From: Candidatus Hydrogenedentota bacterium | GTDB lineage: Bacteria > Hydrogenedentota > Hydrogenedentia > Hydrogenedentales > SLHB01 | Reading direction: 5' to 3' | Assembly (NCBI GenBank): GCA_045863335.1 | Contig: BTVY01000001.1 | Coordinates: 241,629 to 305,628 of the forward strand | DNA: 64,000 nucleotides | Shown here: one piece after another, positions 19,078 through 30,370 of the stretch | Layout: every line of letters begins with the position of its first letter | How positions within the stretch are numbered: the stretch's first letter is position 1 | Made by a program: the position numbers and the translations under genes | Notes under the pieces: generated by a model | Told to the model about the DNA's origin: nothing | Database searches by the model: none | What the model saw: the letters and a program-made list of their open reading frames with translations, nothing else

Positions 19078-19689
19078 ATGGAGTTTGCTGTGATCCAACT
19101 GAAGATGGAACGAACATCGGATGGGGAGCTTCCCCGGATTCCCCTGCCAGAAGGCTACTCGCTGCGAACGTATCGGCCGGGGGATGAGCACGCACTGGCC
19201 CGCATCTATGAGTATTCAGACCTGGGAAGCGCGACGCCGGAGTCCTTGCGCAAGAATATCCTGAGCCATCCCTGTTTCCGCCCGGAACGCATTCTAGTCC
19301 TGGAGCACGAGGGTCAAGTCGTGGGTACCTCGGCGGCTTGGGTGGAGCCATCCGACCCGGGCGCGGGGTATCTTCACATGGTGGGCGTACTGCCGGAACA
19401 CCAGGGGAAGCGCCTCGGCAAACTCCTGACCCTGGAAGCCATGCGGCTTAGCCAGCAAGAGGGATTCAGTACCCTCCGGCTGGTGACGGATGACTGGCGT
19501 TTGGCGGCGATTCGCGTCTATCTCGGCCTCGGGTATGTCCCGCTCCTCGTGCACCCCACGCACCGGTCCCGTTGGGAACTAATCGGTCACCGACTGGACC
19601 ATCCCGGAATTCTCAATGACGCGCGTGAAGCCCTTCCGCAGGCATCGCCGGGAATCCTGAAGCGTTTGTTCCAAGCGTTCGGATTCTGA
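19078..19689 (+). CDS. GNAT family N-acetyltransferase
   Basis: [13 protein letters not shown] acetyl-CoA motif A; [10 protein letters not shown]; start uncertain (19078 or 19105). Confidence 0.85.
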   Translation: MEFAVIQLKMERTSDGELPRIPLPEGYSLRTYRPGDEHALARIYEYSDLGSATPESLRKNILSHPCFRPERILVLEHEGQVVGTSAAWVEPSDPGAGYLHMVGVLPEHQGKRLGKLLTLEAMRLSQQEGFSTLRLVTDDWRLAAIRVYLGLGYVPLLVHPTHRSRWELIGHRLDHPGILNDAREALPQASPGILKRLFQAFGF

Positions 19690-19769
19690 TATTCTCTAGC
19701 TCCTGTTCCGTGGAGATGAAGGCTTCCCACCCTTGTGCGCAATCAACTGTGAGTAGAACGTCGAGAATC

Positions 19770-21647
19770 ATGAGCCGGGATTTTGATGTCATAGTCGTTG
19801 GCGCCGGTCACGCCGGTATCGAGGCCGCACTTGCCTGCGCCCGCAGCGGTTTGCGCACCGCCATGACCACGATGGATGTCAACACCATCGGCAAGATGAG
19901 CTGCAACCCAGCCATCGGCGGTATCGCCAAGGGACAGGTCGTTCGCGAAGTTGACGCACTCGGCGGCGAAATGGGCCGCTGCATCGACCGTACCGGCATT
20001 CAGTACAAAATGCTCAACCAGTCCAAGGGTCCCGCCGTCCATTCCCCGCGCGCCCAAGCCGACCGCGAAGCCTACCAGAAGGACATGCAGCGCGTCTGCG
20101 AGTCGCAGGACGGATTGACGTTGTATCCTGCGTTGATCGAGGACTTCATTGTCACGAATGGCGCGATTGCCGGGGTGATTACGGCGGACAACGAAGAAAT
20201 CGCGGCGCGGGCGGTGATTGTATGCACGGGCACGTTCCTCGGCGCCAAGCTCCACTACGGCATGCGAGACGTCCCCGGCGGCCGCAGCGGCGAGATCCCC
20301 GCGCAGGCCCTCTCGGGTGCGTATCGCCGTCTCGGCTTTCAGATCAACCGCCAGAAGACCGGCACCTGTCCCCGGCTCCATTGCGACACCATCGACTATG
20401 ACGTGATGGAAGTACAGCCGGGCGATGAGCGGCCTCGCCCATTCTCGTTCTCCACGCCCATCGAAGGGTTCGATCCTAACAAGGTGCTCTGCTGGCTGAC
20501 TTCGACCAACGAGGAGACCCACAAGGTCATCCATGCCAACCTCGATCGCTCCCCCATGTTCACGGGAAAGATCGGCGCGACCGGCACGCGCTATTGCCCA
20601 AGCATCGAAGACAAGGTCTTCCGCTTTGCCGACAAGAATCAGCACCGGATCTTTCTCGAACCCGAGGGGTTGAACACGCCGGAAGTCTACGTCAACGGCC
20701 TGTCCACAAGCCTTCCCGAAGACGTCCAGTTGGCCATGCTCAAGACCATCCCGGGACTTGACCGCGCGGAGATGGTGCGGCCCGGGTACGCGGTGGAGTA
20801 CGACTTCGTCCAGCCCACGGAACTCAAGCCGACGCTGGAGACCAAGCGTGTGCGCGGGCTCTTCCACGCGGGACAGATCAACGGCACCTCCGGCTATGAA
20901 GAGGCCGCGGGCCAGGGGATTTTCGCCGCGCTCAATGCAATTCGCTACGTGCGCGGCGAGGAACCGCTGTACCTCTCCCGAAGCGAGGCCTACATCGGCG
21001 TGCTCGTCGACGACCTGGTCACGCGCGGCGTGTTGGAACCCTATCGGCTCTTTACGTCTCGGGCGGAGTATCGCCTCCTGCTGCGTCACGACAATGCGGA
21101 CGCGCGTCTCGCGAAGTACGGCATCGCCGGTGACGCGTTCATCGAAAGGGTACGGGACAAGCAGGACCGTGTACACGGCGAAATTCTGCGTTTACGCTCT
21201 ACCGTTGTCTCGCCGAACAAGACCATCCAGGAGATGCTCGCCGCACGCGGCGGGAGCCTTATGGCCGAACCGCAACCTGCTTCACGCCTCCTGAGCCGTC
21301 CCGAACTGCGAATCGAAGATGTCTGGACGATCTGCCCGCCTGCGGCGCCGCTTGCGTTCGAGGAGGCGGAGCAAATCGAAATCCAGATCAAATACCACGG
21401 TTATATCGAACGCCAGGAACGCGACATTGCGCGGTTCCGTAGCGCCGAAATGCACCCCATCCCTGATGACTTCGACTATATGGCTATTGCCGGCATGCCC
21501 GTCGAAAGCAAGGAGCGCTTGCAGCAGATCCGCCCCGTGAACTTCGGGCAGGCCGGTCGCGTGCCCGGCGTGCGCGCCTCCGATATCGCCGCCCTGCACA
21601 TTCATATGGAGAAGCTGGCTCGCGCCGCGGCCCAGCGGACCGCGTGA
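19770..21647 (+). CDS. mnmG: tRNA uridine 5-carboxymethylaminomethyl modification enzyme MnmG/GidA
   Basis: [53 protein letters not shown]. Confidence 0.97.
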   Translation: MSRDFDVIVVGAGHAGIEAALACARSGLRTAMTTMDVNTIGKMSCNPAIGGIAKGQVVREVDALGGEMGRCIDRTGIQYKMLNQSKGPAVHSPRAQADREAYQKDMQRVCESQDGLTLYPALIEDFIVTNGAIAGVITADNEEIAARAVIVCTGTFLGAKLHYGMRDVPGGRSGEIPAQALSGAYRRLGFQINRQKTGTCPRLHCDTIDYDVMEVQPGDERPRPFSFSTPIEGFDPNKVLCWLTSTNEETHKVIHANLDRSPMFTGKIGATGTRYCPSIEDKVFRFADKNQHRIFLEPEGLNTPEVYVNGLSTSLPEDVQLAMLKTIPGLDRAEMVRPGYAVEYDFVQPTELKPTLETKRVRGLFHAGQINGTSGYEEAAGQGIFAALNAIRYVRGEEPLYLSRSEAYIGVLVDDLVTRGVLEPYRLFTSRAEYRLLLRHDNADARLAKYGIAGDAFIERVRDKQDRVHGEILRLRSTVVSPNKTIQEMLAARGGSLMAEPQPASRLLSRPELRIEDVWTICPPAAPLAFEEAEQIEIQIKYHGYIERQERDIARFRSAEMHPIPDDFDYMAIAGMPVESKERLQQIRPVNFGQAGRVPGVRASDIAALHIHMEKLARAAAQRTA

Positions 21648-21648
21648 C

Positions 21649-22686
21649 ATGGCCGGCGATTCTCCGGTCGATCTTCGTAGCGACACCGTCACCCGCCCCA
21701 CGCCCGGGATCCGCGAAGCCATGGCCAGGGCCGAGGTCGGCGACGACGTTTTCGGCGAAGACCCGACGGTCAACGCGCTTCAGGAACGCGCCGCGGGAAT
21801 CCTCGGGAAAGAGGCCGCGCTGTTTGTGCCTTCAGGAACGATGGCCAACTTGCTGGCCGTCGTTTCGCAGACACAACCCGGCGACACCGTCATCCTTCAT
21901 GCCGACTCCCATCCCTTTAACTACGAATCCGGCGGGCTCGGGAAAGTCGCAGGCGTAATGACCAAGACGCTGGGCGGCGCGCGAGGCATACTGGACCCGG
22001 ATGAGGTCGCCTCGGCGGTTGTGCTGAGCGACGATCATCATTTCTCCCATACGACGCTCGTCAGCATCGAAAACACGACCAACCGCGGCGGCGGCGCATG
22101 GTATCCCCTGGAAATAATCGAGTCGATCGGACGCGTCGCCACGAGCAACGGCATCCAGCTTCATTGCGATGGCGCGCGTTTGTTCAACGCAGTCGTGGCA
22201 ACCGGCATACCCGCCCGCGATTACGTGGCCCCCTGCAACACGGTGAGCTGCTGTTTTTCAAAAGGCCTGGGCGCCCCCGTGGGCTCCGTGTTAGCCGGCA
22301 GCCGTGAAACGATTCGTCGCGCCCACCGCTATCGGAAGATGCTCGGCGGCGGGATGCGTCAGGCGGGCGTTATCGCGGCGGCAGCGCTATACGCGCTGGA
22401 ACACCACATTGAGTGGCTTGCGGAAGATCATCGCCGGGCGCAAGGTTTTCGAGCCGCCCTGGAAGGCACACGCGGGTTTACCTTCCCCATGGACTCGCCC
22501 ACCAACATCGTCTACCTCGACGTCCCCGACGCGTATGCGCTCATCGGCGAAGTCGCGTCACGCGGCGTCTTCGCGCTCCCCGTAAGCCCGACCCGGATCC
22601 GCGCCGTATTCCATCTCGACATCGACGACCAGGGATTGGCGCGCGCCATTGACGCCTTCTCAGCCGCGGCCAAATCAGCCGGATAG
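21649..22686 (+). CDS. ltaE: Low-specificity L-threonine aldolase
   Basis: DLRSDTVT, GDDVFGEDPT, SGTMAN, DGARLFNA, SKGLGAPVGS, GGGMRQAG. Confidence 0.93.
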   Translation: MAGDSPVDLRSDTVTRPTPGIREAMARAEVGDDVFGEDPTVNALQERAAGILGKEAALFVPSGTMANLLAVVSQTQPGDTVILHADSHPFNYESGGLGKVAGVMTKTLGGARGILDPDEVASAVVLSDDHHFSHTTLVSIENTTNRGGGAWYPLEIIESIGRVATSNGIQLHCDGARLFNAVVATGIPARDYVAPCNTVSCCFSKGLGAPVGSVLAGSRETIRRAHRYRKMLGGGMRQAGVIAAAALYALEHHIEWLAEDHRRAQGFRAALEGTRGFTFPMDSPTNIVYLDVPDAYALIGEVASRGVFALPVSPTRIRAVFHLDIDDQGLARAIDAFSAAAKSAG

Positions 22687-22778
22687 TGCTTCGCCCGCGA
22701 GCCCGCTACGAGCGACATGGACGCGTATTCTCTAGTCCATATCGTCCATATAGACTCTCGGGTTTTACCAATACCCCC

Positions 22779-24404
22779 CTAACCGAAATCCGGCTCCCCC
22801 AACAACTCCCGGATCTTCGCAATCAGATCCGACGGCCGGTACGGCTTCTGAATAAACCCTGAAAGACCCTTGCCGTTGAAGTGCCCTGTCGCATCCTGCT
22901 CGTTATACCCACTGGAAAGGATCACAGGAATGTCTTTCGAAATCTGCCGGATTCTGCGATACGCCTCTTCGCCGCCCATTCGGGGCATGGTCACATCGAG
23001 CAGGACCAGACGCACCGCATCGCCGTGTTTCGCAAGGAGGTCCAGCGCTTCCTGTCCGTCGCGGGCCTCCAACACGTCGAAACCGGCGCGGCGCAACGCG
23101 GCGCGCGTCACGTTGCGTACCGATTCCTCATCATCCACGACCAGGATCGTGCCGCTCCCTCTCCAGACTGGCCCGCCGGCATCGGCGGACGCAACAAACT
23201 GATCCGCCGCATGAACGGGAAGCAGCACCTTGATAGTCGTGCCCCGGCCCGACTCCGTGTAAATCTTCACGGTCCCCCGGTGACCGCGAACAATCCCAAG
23301 CACCGCAGGCAGCCCAAGCCCCCTGCCGGTGAACTTCGTCGAATAGAACGGCTCAAATACCCGGGCCTGTATGTCCTTGCTCATGCCGCAACCGTTGTCG
23401 CTGACTTCCAGGTAGGCATATCGACCCGGCGCCAGGTGCTCGTCGATATAGAGGTCTGTGAGGTAATCCTGATCGCAGTCCATTACTCCCGTGGAAACGC
23501 CGATGACCCCATTGCCCTCGCCAATAGCGTCCGACGCATTCGAAACGAGATTGATCAATACCTGATGCAATTGGTTCGCATCCGCCTGGATTCTGGGCAT
23601 GTTCGTGGAGAGATCGTACTTGAGCGTAGCATTCTTAGATTTGGCCAACATGAGAAGATGGCCCATATCCTCCACCAAGCGGGAGAGATCCACCGACTGC
23701 ACCACGAAATGACCATGGCCGGAATAGGCAAGCATCTGCTTGCAGAGATCGGCAGCCCGCTGCGCGGCGAACTCGACCTGACGAATGCTCTCCGATGCGG
23801 GAGATTCGGCAGGAATATCTGACAATGCCAGGCTGGCATATCCCAATACGCTCATCAGTAGATTGTTGAAATCATGAGCGATTCCGCCGGCGAGCACACC
23901 CAGGCTTTCCAACTTCTGCGCTTTGAGAATCTGCGCGTGGATCCGCTCGCGCTCCGACTCCTGCTCTACTCGTTCCGTGATGTCTGCGGCAATGGACAGG
24001 ACGCCGTCGGGCAGCGGATATGCGCGCGCTTCAAACCAACGCGAGGTTCCATCGGGAAACGCGAATGGCGCGCGAGCCACTGCGGGTTTGCCCGATTGAA
24101 TCACGTCCCGGAAGGCACGGTAGAACTCCGTTTCGGCGAATGACGGAAACACGTCAACCAGCTTCTTGCCGACGAGTTCGTTCGCAGGCAGACCGGCAAA
24201 CTCGGTTGCCGCCTTATTCACGTATACGAAGCGAAGCTCGCGGTCATATATGAAGACGCCGTCGGGAATGAACGCAAGGATCTCGGAAAGGTAGTGCGGA
24301 TCGACCGGAGATGTGGCCTTTTCAGTCCGGCCGGTGAACGCTTCCAGCTCGGCCCTGAGTCTCTCGTTTTCCCGTTCCAGTTCGCTACTTCCAGGATCAT
24401 CCAT
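22779..24404 (-). CDS. PAS-domain hybrid sensor histidine kinase/response regulator
   Basis: PAS domain; GGIAHDFNNLL H-box; N, G1, F, G2 boxes; C-terminal receiver (VVDDE, LLDVTMP, QKPY). Confidence 0.93.
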   Translation of the reverse strand: MDDPGSSELERENERLRAELEAFTGRTEKATSPVDPHYLSEILAFIPDGVFIYDRELRFVYVNKAATEFAGLPANELVGKKLVDVFPSFAETEFYRAFRDVIQSGKPAVARAPFAFPDGTSRWFEARAYPLPDGVLSIAADITERVEQESERERIHAQILKAQKLESLGVLAGGIAHDFNNLLMSVLGYASLALSDIPAESPASESIRQVEFAAQRAADLCKQMLAYSGHGHFVVQSVDLSRLVEDMGHLLMLAKSKNATLKYDLSTNMPRIQADANQLHQVLINLVSNASDAIGEGNGVIGVSTGVMDCDQDYLTDLYIDEHLAPGRYAYLEVSDNGCGMSKDIQARVFEPFYSTKFTGRGLGLPAVLGIVRGHRGTVKIYTESGRGTTIKVLLPVHAADQFVASADAGGPVWRGSGTILVVDDEESVRNVTRAALRRAGFDVLEARDGQEALDLLAKHGDAVRLVLLDVTMPRMGGEEAYRRIRQISKDIPVILSSGYNEQDATGHFNGKGLSGFIQKPYRPSDLIAKIRELLGEPDFG

Positions 24405-24793
24405 ATAAAACCTCGCAGGTCATTGAATAAATCGCCCGGCTTCGAACTCGGGCAAGCGCAGTCCCCTCCACGGCAACCACGGTTCCTGTCCATAGCCGTA
24501 TCATCAGCACCAATTTAGTATCGATCATATTTCTCCATTTCCCCACTTTTCAAATCGGCCGCCACGCCGCTTGCTGCTTTCTCAACCCAGTCCACAGGGG
24601 AAGTCTGGCTGTGAAAGGGCTTAGGCAACCCCCAAAGCAGACAATTCTAATTTGCTCTGACACCGATTGAACGCAATTTGAGTCTCTCGTACCAGCGATG
24701 CTACACTCTTTCCTTTCACGTCTCGCTCCGAATTCGGGGCGATGTCATGGAATCGGCGCATCACCCCAAGAAACCCGTTGACGGAGGTTTACT

Positions 24794-25948
24794 ATGTCCA
24801 TCGCACCCCATGGCGGTCAGCTTGTCGATCGCATCTTGACCGGTTCGGCCCTGGAGGCCGCCAAAACGAAAGCAGCCGGGCTGCCTCGCATCAAGGTAGA
24901 TGCCTACGCGGCGTTCGATATCGACTGCATCGGCAAAGGGATCTTTAGCCCGCTCACCGGGTTTATGAACGAGGCCGAGACCCGGAGTGTTCTGGATTCC
25001 ATGCACCTGCGCCCCGGCATTCCATGGACGATTCCCATTCTGCTTTCCGTTTCCACCGAGGAAGGCGCCAAGCTTGAATTGGACAGCGAGATCGCCATCG
25101 AAGACGACACCGGCGACATCGCAGCAATTCTCCATTTGAAAGAGAAGTTCTCCATCGATCATCGCGAAGTCGCCGAGAAGGTCTATCGCACCACCGATGA
25201 GTCGCACCCGGGCGTTGCCTACACGCTGGGTCTTGGCGATGTCTTTCTCGCGGGCGACTTGGACGTGTTGAAGGCGCGCGAGATCGAGTTCCAGGAATAC
25301 GCCCTCACGCCGAAGGAAACACGCGCCAAGTTCGAGCACCACGGATGGAAACGCATCGTCGCCTTCCAGACGCGCAACCCCATCCACCGCGCCCACGAAT
25401 ACCTCACCAAGTGCGCGCTGGAAATCTGCGACGGGCTGCTCATCCATCCCCTCATGGGAACGACCAAAAGCGACGACATTCCGGGTTCGGTACGGATGGA
25501 GTGCTACCAGGCCATCATCGAACACTACTACCCAAAGAACCACACCATGCTTTCCCTCATGCCCGTAAACATGCGTTACGCGGGACCGAAGGAAGCCATC
25601 ATGCATGCCATCATCCGTAAGAACTACGGTTGCACCCACTTCATCGTCGGCCGCGATCACGCAGGCGTAGGCAACTTTTACGGCACCTACGATGCCCATC
25701 AGATCTTCAGCGAGTTCGATCCGGCGGAATTGGGTATTACGCCGCTTTTCTTCGATCACTCGTTCTTCTGCAAGACCTGCGGCAACATGGCCAGCATCAA
25801 GTCCTGCCCGCACGACAAAGAGCACCATGTGTTCCTGAGCGGCACGAAGGTGCGCGAGATGTTGAAGGCGGGCGAGATTCCCCCGGTCGAGTTCAGCCGA
25901 CCGGAAGTCGCCAAAGTATTGATTAAATGGGCGCAAGGAGCTGACTAA
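24794..25948 (+). CDS. sat: Sulfate adenylyltransferase (ATP sulfurylase)
   Basis: PHGG, FSPLTGFM, FQTRNPIHRAHEY, MRYAGPKEA, HFIVGRDHAG, LSGTKVR; RBS GGAGG. Confidence 0.96.
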   Translation: MSIAPHGGQLVDRILTGSALEAAKTKAAGLPRIKVDAYAAFDIDCIGKGIFSPLTGFMNEAETRSVLDSMHLRPGIPWTIPILLSVSTEEGAKLELDSEIAIEDDTGDIAAILHLKEKFSIDHREVAEKVYRTTDESHPGVAYTLGLGDVFLAGDLDVLKAREIEFQEYALTPKETRAKFEHHGWKRIVAFQTRNPIHRAHEYLTKCALEICDGLLIHPLMGTTKSDDIPGSVRMECYQAIIEHYYPKNHTMLSLMPVNMRYAGPKEAIMHAIIRKNYGCTHFIVGRDHAGVGNFYGTYDAHQIFSEFDPAELGITPLFFDHSFFCKTCGNMASIKSCPHDKEHHVFLSGTKVREMLKAGEIPPVEFSRPEVAKVLIKWAQGAD

Positions 25949-27346
25949 ATGCCCGATGGACGCGTACAACGTGTCCTGGTGATCGGACTCGATTGCGCGG
26001 AACCCCGTTTTATCTTTGGGGACGACCGCTTTGACCTCCCGAATATTCAGGCCCTGGCAGCCAATGGCTGCTGGGGCCTTCTTCGTAGCACCGACCCGCC
26101 CATCACGGTTCCGGCCTGGGCCTCCATGCTTTCGAGCAAAGACCCGGGAACCCTCGGCTGCTACGGATTTCGCAACCGGCGCGACCATAGCTACGCGGAA
26201 TTATCGACCGCCGACGCGACGGCAATACGGGAACCACGGATATGGGATATTCTCTCGCAGCACGGCTTGCGCTCCGTCGTCGTCGGCGTGCCTCAGACCT
26301 ACCCGCCCAGACCGCTGCTCGGCTCCCTCGTTTCCGGATTTCTGACGCCCAACGCGGACGCGGCCTTTACCTATCCGCGATCGCTGAAACACGAGCTAAC
26401 CCGGGCGGTGGGCGAGTTTCTATTTGACGTGCGCGATTTCCGCACCGAGGACAAGCCGCAGTTGCTCGAACGGATCCACGCGCTCATGGAGAACCGCTTC
26501 GCGGCCGCCCGGTATCTCATGGCGGAGAAGCCCTGGGACTTCTTCATGGTCGTCGATATGGGAATGGATCGCCTCCATCACGGCTTCTGGCGTTTCTGCG
26601 ACCCTGACCATCCCCGCCATGCGCCTGGCAACGCCTACGAGCACGCGTTCCGCGACTACTACCTAGCCGTAGACCGGCGTGTCGGCGAACTCATTGCACT
26701 GGCCGGAGAAGACACCGCCGTCCTGGTCGTATCTGACCACGGCGCGAAAGCCATGGTTGGCGGCCTGTGCATCAACCAATGGTTGATCGACGAAGGCGAC
26801 CTCTGCCTAAAGGTTCCACCGCCCGAACCACAACCGCTTGAACATCGGAATATCGACTGGACCCGAACCCGCGCATGGAGCACTGGAGGCTACTACGCGC
26901 GAATCTTTTTGAATGTTCAGGGACGTGAACCGTCCGGTGTAATCGAGGCATCCGAGTATGAGAACTATCGTCGCGATCTGGCGGACCGGATCGAGCGCAT
27001 ACCGGGTCCGGACGGAAGCGCGCTCGGCAACCGAGTGCTTCTTCCAGAGTCGAGCTATCGCCGAATCAACGGCGTCGCGCCGGACTTGCTGGTCTACTGT
27101 GGCGATCTGGCTTGGAGGGCCGTGGGCCTGGTAGGCACCGACCGCTTGTTCACGGAAAACAACGATACCGGCCCCGATGATGCAAACCACGCAATGGACG
27201 GCATCTTCGTGATGGCCGGCGGGGGCGAGCCAGGAGGCAAACGATTGCGAGGAATAAGCGTAATGGACGTCGCGCCTACGATCCTTCAACTACTTGGCGT
27301 ACCGGTCCCACACGATTTTCAAGGCAAGGCCGTGCAATCTGAGTAA
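25949..27346 (+). CDS. Alkaline phosphatase superfamily protein (type I phosphodiesterase/nucleotide pyrophosphatase-like)
   Basis: IGLDC, PPITVPAW (Thr nucleophile), DRLHH, VSDHG, DDANH; directly abuts sat. Confidence 0.85.
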   Translation: MPDGRVQRVLVIGLDCAEPRFIFGDDRFDLPNIQALAANGCWGLLRSTDPPITVPAWASMLSSKDPGTLGCYGFRNRRDHSYAELSTADATAIREPRIWDILSQHGLRSVVVGVPQTYPPRPLLGSLVSGFLTPNADAAFTYPRSLKHELTRAVGEFLFDVRDFRTEDKPQLLERIHALMENRFAAARYLMAEKPWDFFMVVDMGMDRLHHGFWRFCDPDHPRHAPGNAYEHAFRDYYLAVDRRVGELIALAGEDTAVLVVSDHGAKAMVGGLCINQWLIDEGDLCLKVPPPEPQPLEHRNIDWTRTRAWSTGGYYARIFLNVQGREPSGVIEASEYENYRRDLADRIERIPGPDGSALGNRVLLPESSYRRINGVAPDLLVYCGDLAWRAVGLVGTDRLFTENNDTGPDDANHAMDGIFVMAGGGEPGGKRLRGISVMDVAPTILQLLGVPVPHDFQGKAVQSE

Positions 27347-27487
27347 TGTATCGTTCAAAAAGTTTGCACTATAGCACCCGGGATTTTGGTAGAATGCGTC
27401 CCAGTGTCAAAAGGAACGACCCGCGAACCGGCGGCGCTGCATGAATCTTGAGTGGCGATCCGATGGCTTCGCATTGGAGATAGCGGA

Positions 27488-27868
27488 ATGGCGGAAGGGA
27501 TGACCTTGTGTCTATACGGTAAACATGCGGACGCCGCGGCGGCCGCGGTCAAAGATCGGCTTGCGTCCTATGGGCGCCGCGCCGAAATCGTGGATGCGCA
27601 ACTCGCCGGCCGGATCGGTTCACCGGAATCCCGGACCGCGGCCTGCGAAGTCCTGATGCGCAACGGCGTCGTCGTTCTGGTTACGACGGAGACCGTGCAT
27701 CCTCCCGAGAACGGCGTCCGCGCGCACCGTATCGATGTGGATGACTCGTGGTCGATGGCTGTGGAGCACGCCTTTGAAATCGCCATGCATCGCATCGGCT
27801 CTCTCCAGTCCCGCGTTCAGGCGTGTGTGGCCTCTGAACCGATGAACCGCGTCGGCAACGCGACCTGA
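27488..27868 (+). CDS. Degenerate adenylylsulfate kinase (CysC)-like small protein
   Basis: Order of elements (GxTLxLxG ... RL..GR..E.VD ... LMRNGVVVLV) resembles the CysC N-terminus, but the Walker A GxxGxGKT is absent; RBS GGAGA. Confidence 0.45.
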   Translation: MAEGMTLCLYGKHADAAAAAVKDRLASYGRRAEIVDAQLAGRIGSPESRTAACEVLMRNGVVVLVTTETVHPPENGVRAHRIDVDDSWSMAVEHAFEIAMHRIGSLQSRVQACVASEPMNRVGNAT

Positions 27869-27899
27869 ACCCGGCCTCGACCATCCACAAAGGTGCTCT

Positions 27900-28955
27900 A
27901 TGCGCATCGGCGTCAATATTACAACTCTGGAACCCGGTTACGATGAAGAGGACGTGTACCTTCGCAACGTCCTGGTGAAAATGCGCGAGATCCAACCGGA
28001 TTCCCATTTCGTACTCCTCACCGACTCGAACAATCACAATTCGTACCCGGGATGGGACCGCGTCTTCGTGGGCAAGCTCGGTGCTGGGGGGAATGACGAG
28101 TCGCCCGTCGAGAAGAGCGTCGATCGGGCGGCCAAACGCGCGCAGGTGGACCTCGTGTATACGCCCCTCCAAACGGCGGGAGCGGTAACCGTCGTTCCCG
28201 TCGTGCCCTATGCACTCGATTTGAGTTTCCTCGAACAGGCCGAAAAATCGGCGGGGTGGCGAACTCCCGCGCTCGTGCGCGACATGAAGAAGATCGCGAG
28301 CCGGGCGCAGGTTTTCGTGGCGCCATCCGAAAGTCTGCGAAAACAGTTGCTCAGCCTGCTGGGCGTGCCGATGGACCGGGTTGTCGTCGCGCCACCGGGT
28401 GCCGATCCCGGCCTCGATATCACGCACGATACGATCGCTGAGAAACCCTACTTGATCACGTCCGGCGACACGCGTCATCGCGGCCATCTTCAGTTTCTCC
28501 TCGAGGCCTTTGAGCGGTTGAAGGATGAGATCCCCCATAACCTCGTCGTGCTCGGACGGCCCGACCACACGGAGCCGGAAGACTGGGGCTCGCGCGTGCT
28601 GCGCATCCATCGATGCCCGGTGCCGCAAACCGCCGGTCTCATGCAACACAGCGACGCCTTCATCTGCACGTCCCTCCATGAAGGCGCGTGCATCACCATT
28701 CTGGAAGCCATGCGCGGCGGTGCGCGAGTGATCACACCTCGCGTTGGCGGGATACCGGAGATAGCGGGTAACTTCCCCGTCTACTACAACCACGAGAACC
28801 CCGCGTCGCTGATCGGCGCCATCCGGCGCGTCTTGCAGGAATCACCGGACGAACGGGCGCAGCAAGTGGCCTTCTCGCGACGGCGCGCCATGGAGTACAC
28901 CTGGGAAAACTGCGCCTGGCGAACCCTCAGCGCCTTCAAACGCGTCGGCGCCTGA
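27900..28955 (+). CDS. Glycosyltransferase family 4
   Basis: SLHEGACITILEAM (Ex7E), GGIPE, YTWENCA. Confidence 0.85.
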   Translation: MRIGVNITTLEPGYDEEDVYLRNVLVKMREIQPDSHFVLLTDSNNHNSYPGWDRVFVGKLGAGGNDESPVEKSVDRAAKRAQVDLVYTPLQTAGAVTVVPVVPYALDLSFLEQAEKSAGWRTPALVRDMKKIASRAQVFVAPSESLRKQLLSLLGVPMDRVVVAPPGADPGLDITHDTIAEKPYLITSGDTRHRGHLQFLLEAFERLKDEIPHNLVVLGRPDHTEPEDWGSRVLRIHRCPVPQTAGLMQHSDAFICTSLHEGACITILEAMRGGARVITPRVGGIPEIAGNFPVYYNHENPASLIGAIRRVLQESPDERAQQVAFSRRRAMEYTWENCAWRTLSAFKRVGA

Positions 28956-29056
28956 GGCAACGACGGGAACAGCTTTCCCCGATACACCCAAGTGTTCTCC
29001 TACCCCCGCTGCCCCGGCGTCCCTTGCGTCCCTGCTATGCAACACGCGCTTACTGC

Positions 29057-29089
29057 AAATCCGCAATCCGCAGTCCGAAATCCGCAATC
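29057..29089. repeat. Heptamer tandem repeat (AATCCGC)n, family C
   Basis: aaatccgcaatccgcagtccgaaatccgcaatc; recurs at 53843-53872; related tract at ~49127-49180. Confidence 0.75.
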
Positions 29090-29176
29090 GATTCCTCCCG
29101 CCCATTCGCCCAAAATAAATGGCGAACGAACCCAAAATTCACTACACTAAGAGACGACCAATCGGAGGAGAAGATC

Positions 29177-30370
29177 ATGACCGAGGTAGAACTGTTCCGA
29201 ATCCGCGTCGCGCTCGTTCAAGCGTTCCTGCGCGAGCACCACTACGACGGCATCTTGTTGTCCCGCGTCGACAACTTCGCAATGGCCACCGGGGGCAAGC
29301 GGAACTACGTCAATTTCGCTTCCGACATGGGTGCCAACTCCCTCTTCATCACCAAGGACGGCGCGGTCTACTTCGTGGGGAACACCATCGAGGAACCCCG
29401 CGTCATGGCCGAGGAGTTGCAGGCGCTCGGTTGCGAGTCCAAGAGCTTCTTGTGGTTCGATGATGAACCGGCGAACGTCGTGAAGAATACGTTCTCCGGC
29501 ACACTGGTTTCGGATGACGGGAGCCTGGGCGCAAACGTCAATGAAGATTTGGCGTATTTGCGCGCGCTCCTCTCGCCCGGTGAATTGGACAAGTACCGCA
29601 AGCTCGGCGCCCTCGCCGCGGAATCCATGATGGCCACACTGGATGCGATCAAGCCTGGCATGGCCGAGGCGGATATCGCCGCCGCGCTCATCGCGGAGGG
29701 CGCCAAACGCCGTTGCATGGTCCCGGTCGCGCTCATTGCCGCAGACGATCGCATCGCCCAGTTCCGGCATCCCTTGCCGACGGCCTGCCCGCTCACCCAA
29801 GGGTCCCTGAAAGAGAAGACGGTCAAGCGCTACGTCATGGTGGTTGGATGCTTCTTCCGGGAGGGTTTGGTAGCGTCTATCACGCGATTCAAACAAGTGG
29901 GCGACGTTCCCGCGAACATCCATGACGCGTATAACCGCATCTGCGGCGTCGACGCGATCATGCAGGAAGAGTCCGTGCCCGGCAAGACCTTGGGCGACGT
30001 GTTTGCCGCCTGCCAGAGCGCCTACAAAACACTCGGTTTCCCCGAGAACGAATGGCACAACCACCATCAGGGCGGCACGACGGGGTATTCCGCGCGGACG
30101 GCTAAAGGCGCTCCCGGCGAGGCGTTTCGGATTGCCGATGAGACTTGGTCGAAACGCGTCAAAGACATCGCCGGGATCGACATCTCCTTCGGCCATGCCT
30201 TCGCGTGGAACCCTTCAGGCGTTGGCGTCAAATCGGAAGACACCTTCATTCTTACCGCAGATGGCGCTACCGAAATCGTAACCGCTACGCCAGACCTCCC
30301 CGCCGTCGATCTGGAATCAGTCCTCGGCCGCGCCACGAAGGTCCTTAAGTCGGGAATGGCGAAAGTATGA
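29177..30370 (+). CDS. M24 family (Xaa-Pro aminopeptidase-like) metallopeptidase
   Basis: Pita-bread fold motifs RHP, HHQGG.TGY, WNPS..GVKSEDT; RBS GGAGGAG. Confidence 0.75.
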   Translation: MTEVELFRIRVALVQAFLREHHYDGILLSRVDNFAMATGGKRNYVNFASDMGANSLFITKDGAVYFVGNTIEEPRVMAEELQALGCESKSFLWFDDEPANVVKNTFSGTLVSDDGSLGANVNEDLAYLRALLSPGELDKYRKLGALAAESMMATLDAIKPGMAEADIAAALIAEGAKRRCMVPVALIAADDRIAQFRHPLPTACPLTQGSLKEKTVKRYVMVVGCFFREGLVASITRFKQVGDVPANIHDAYNRICGVDAIMQEESVPGKTLGDVFAACQSAYKTLGFPENEWHNHHQGGTTGYSARTAKGAPGEAFRIADETWSKRVKDIAGIDISFGHAFAWNPSGVGVKSEDTFILTADGATEIVTATPDLPAVDLESVLGRATKVLKSGMAKV

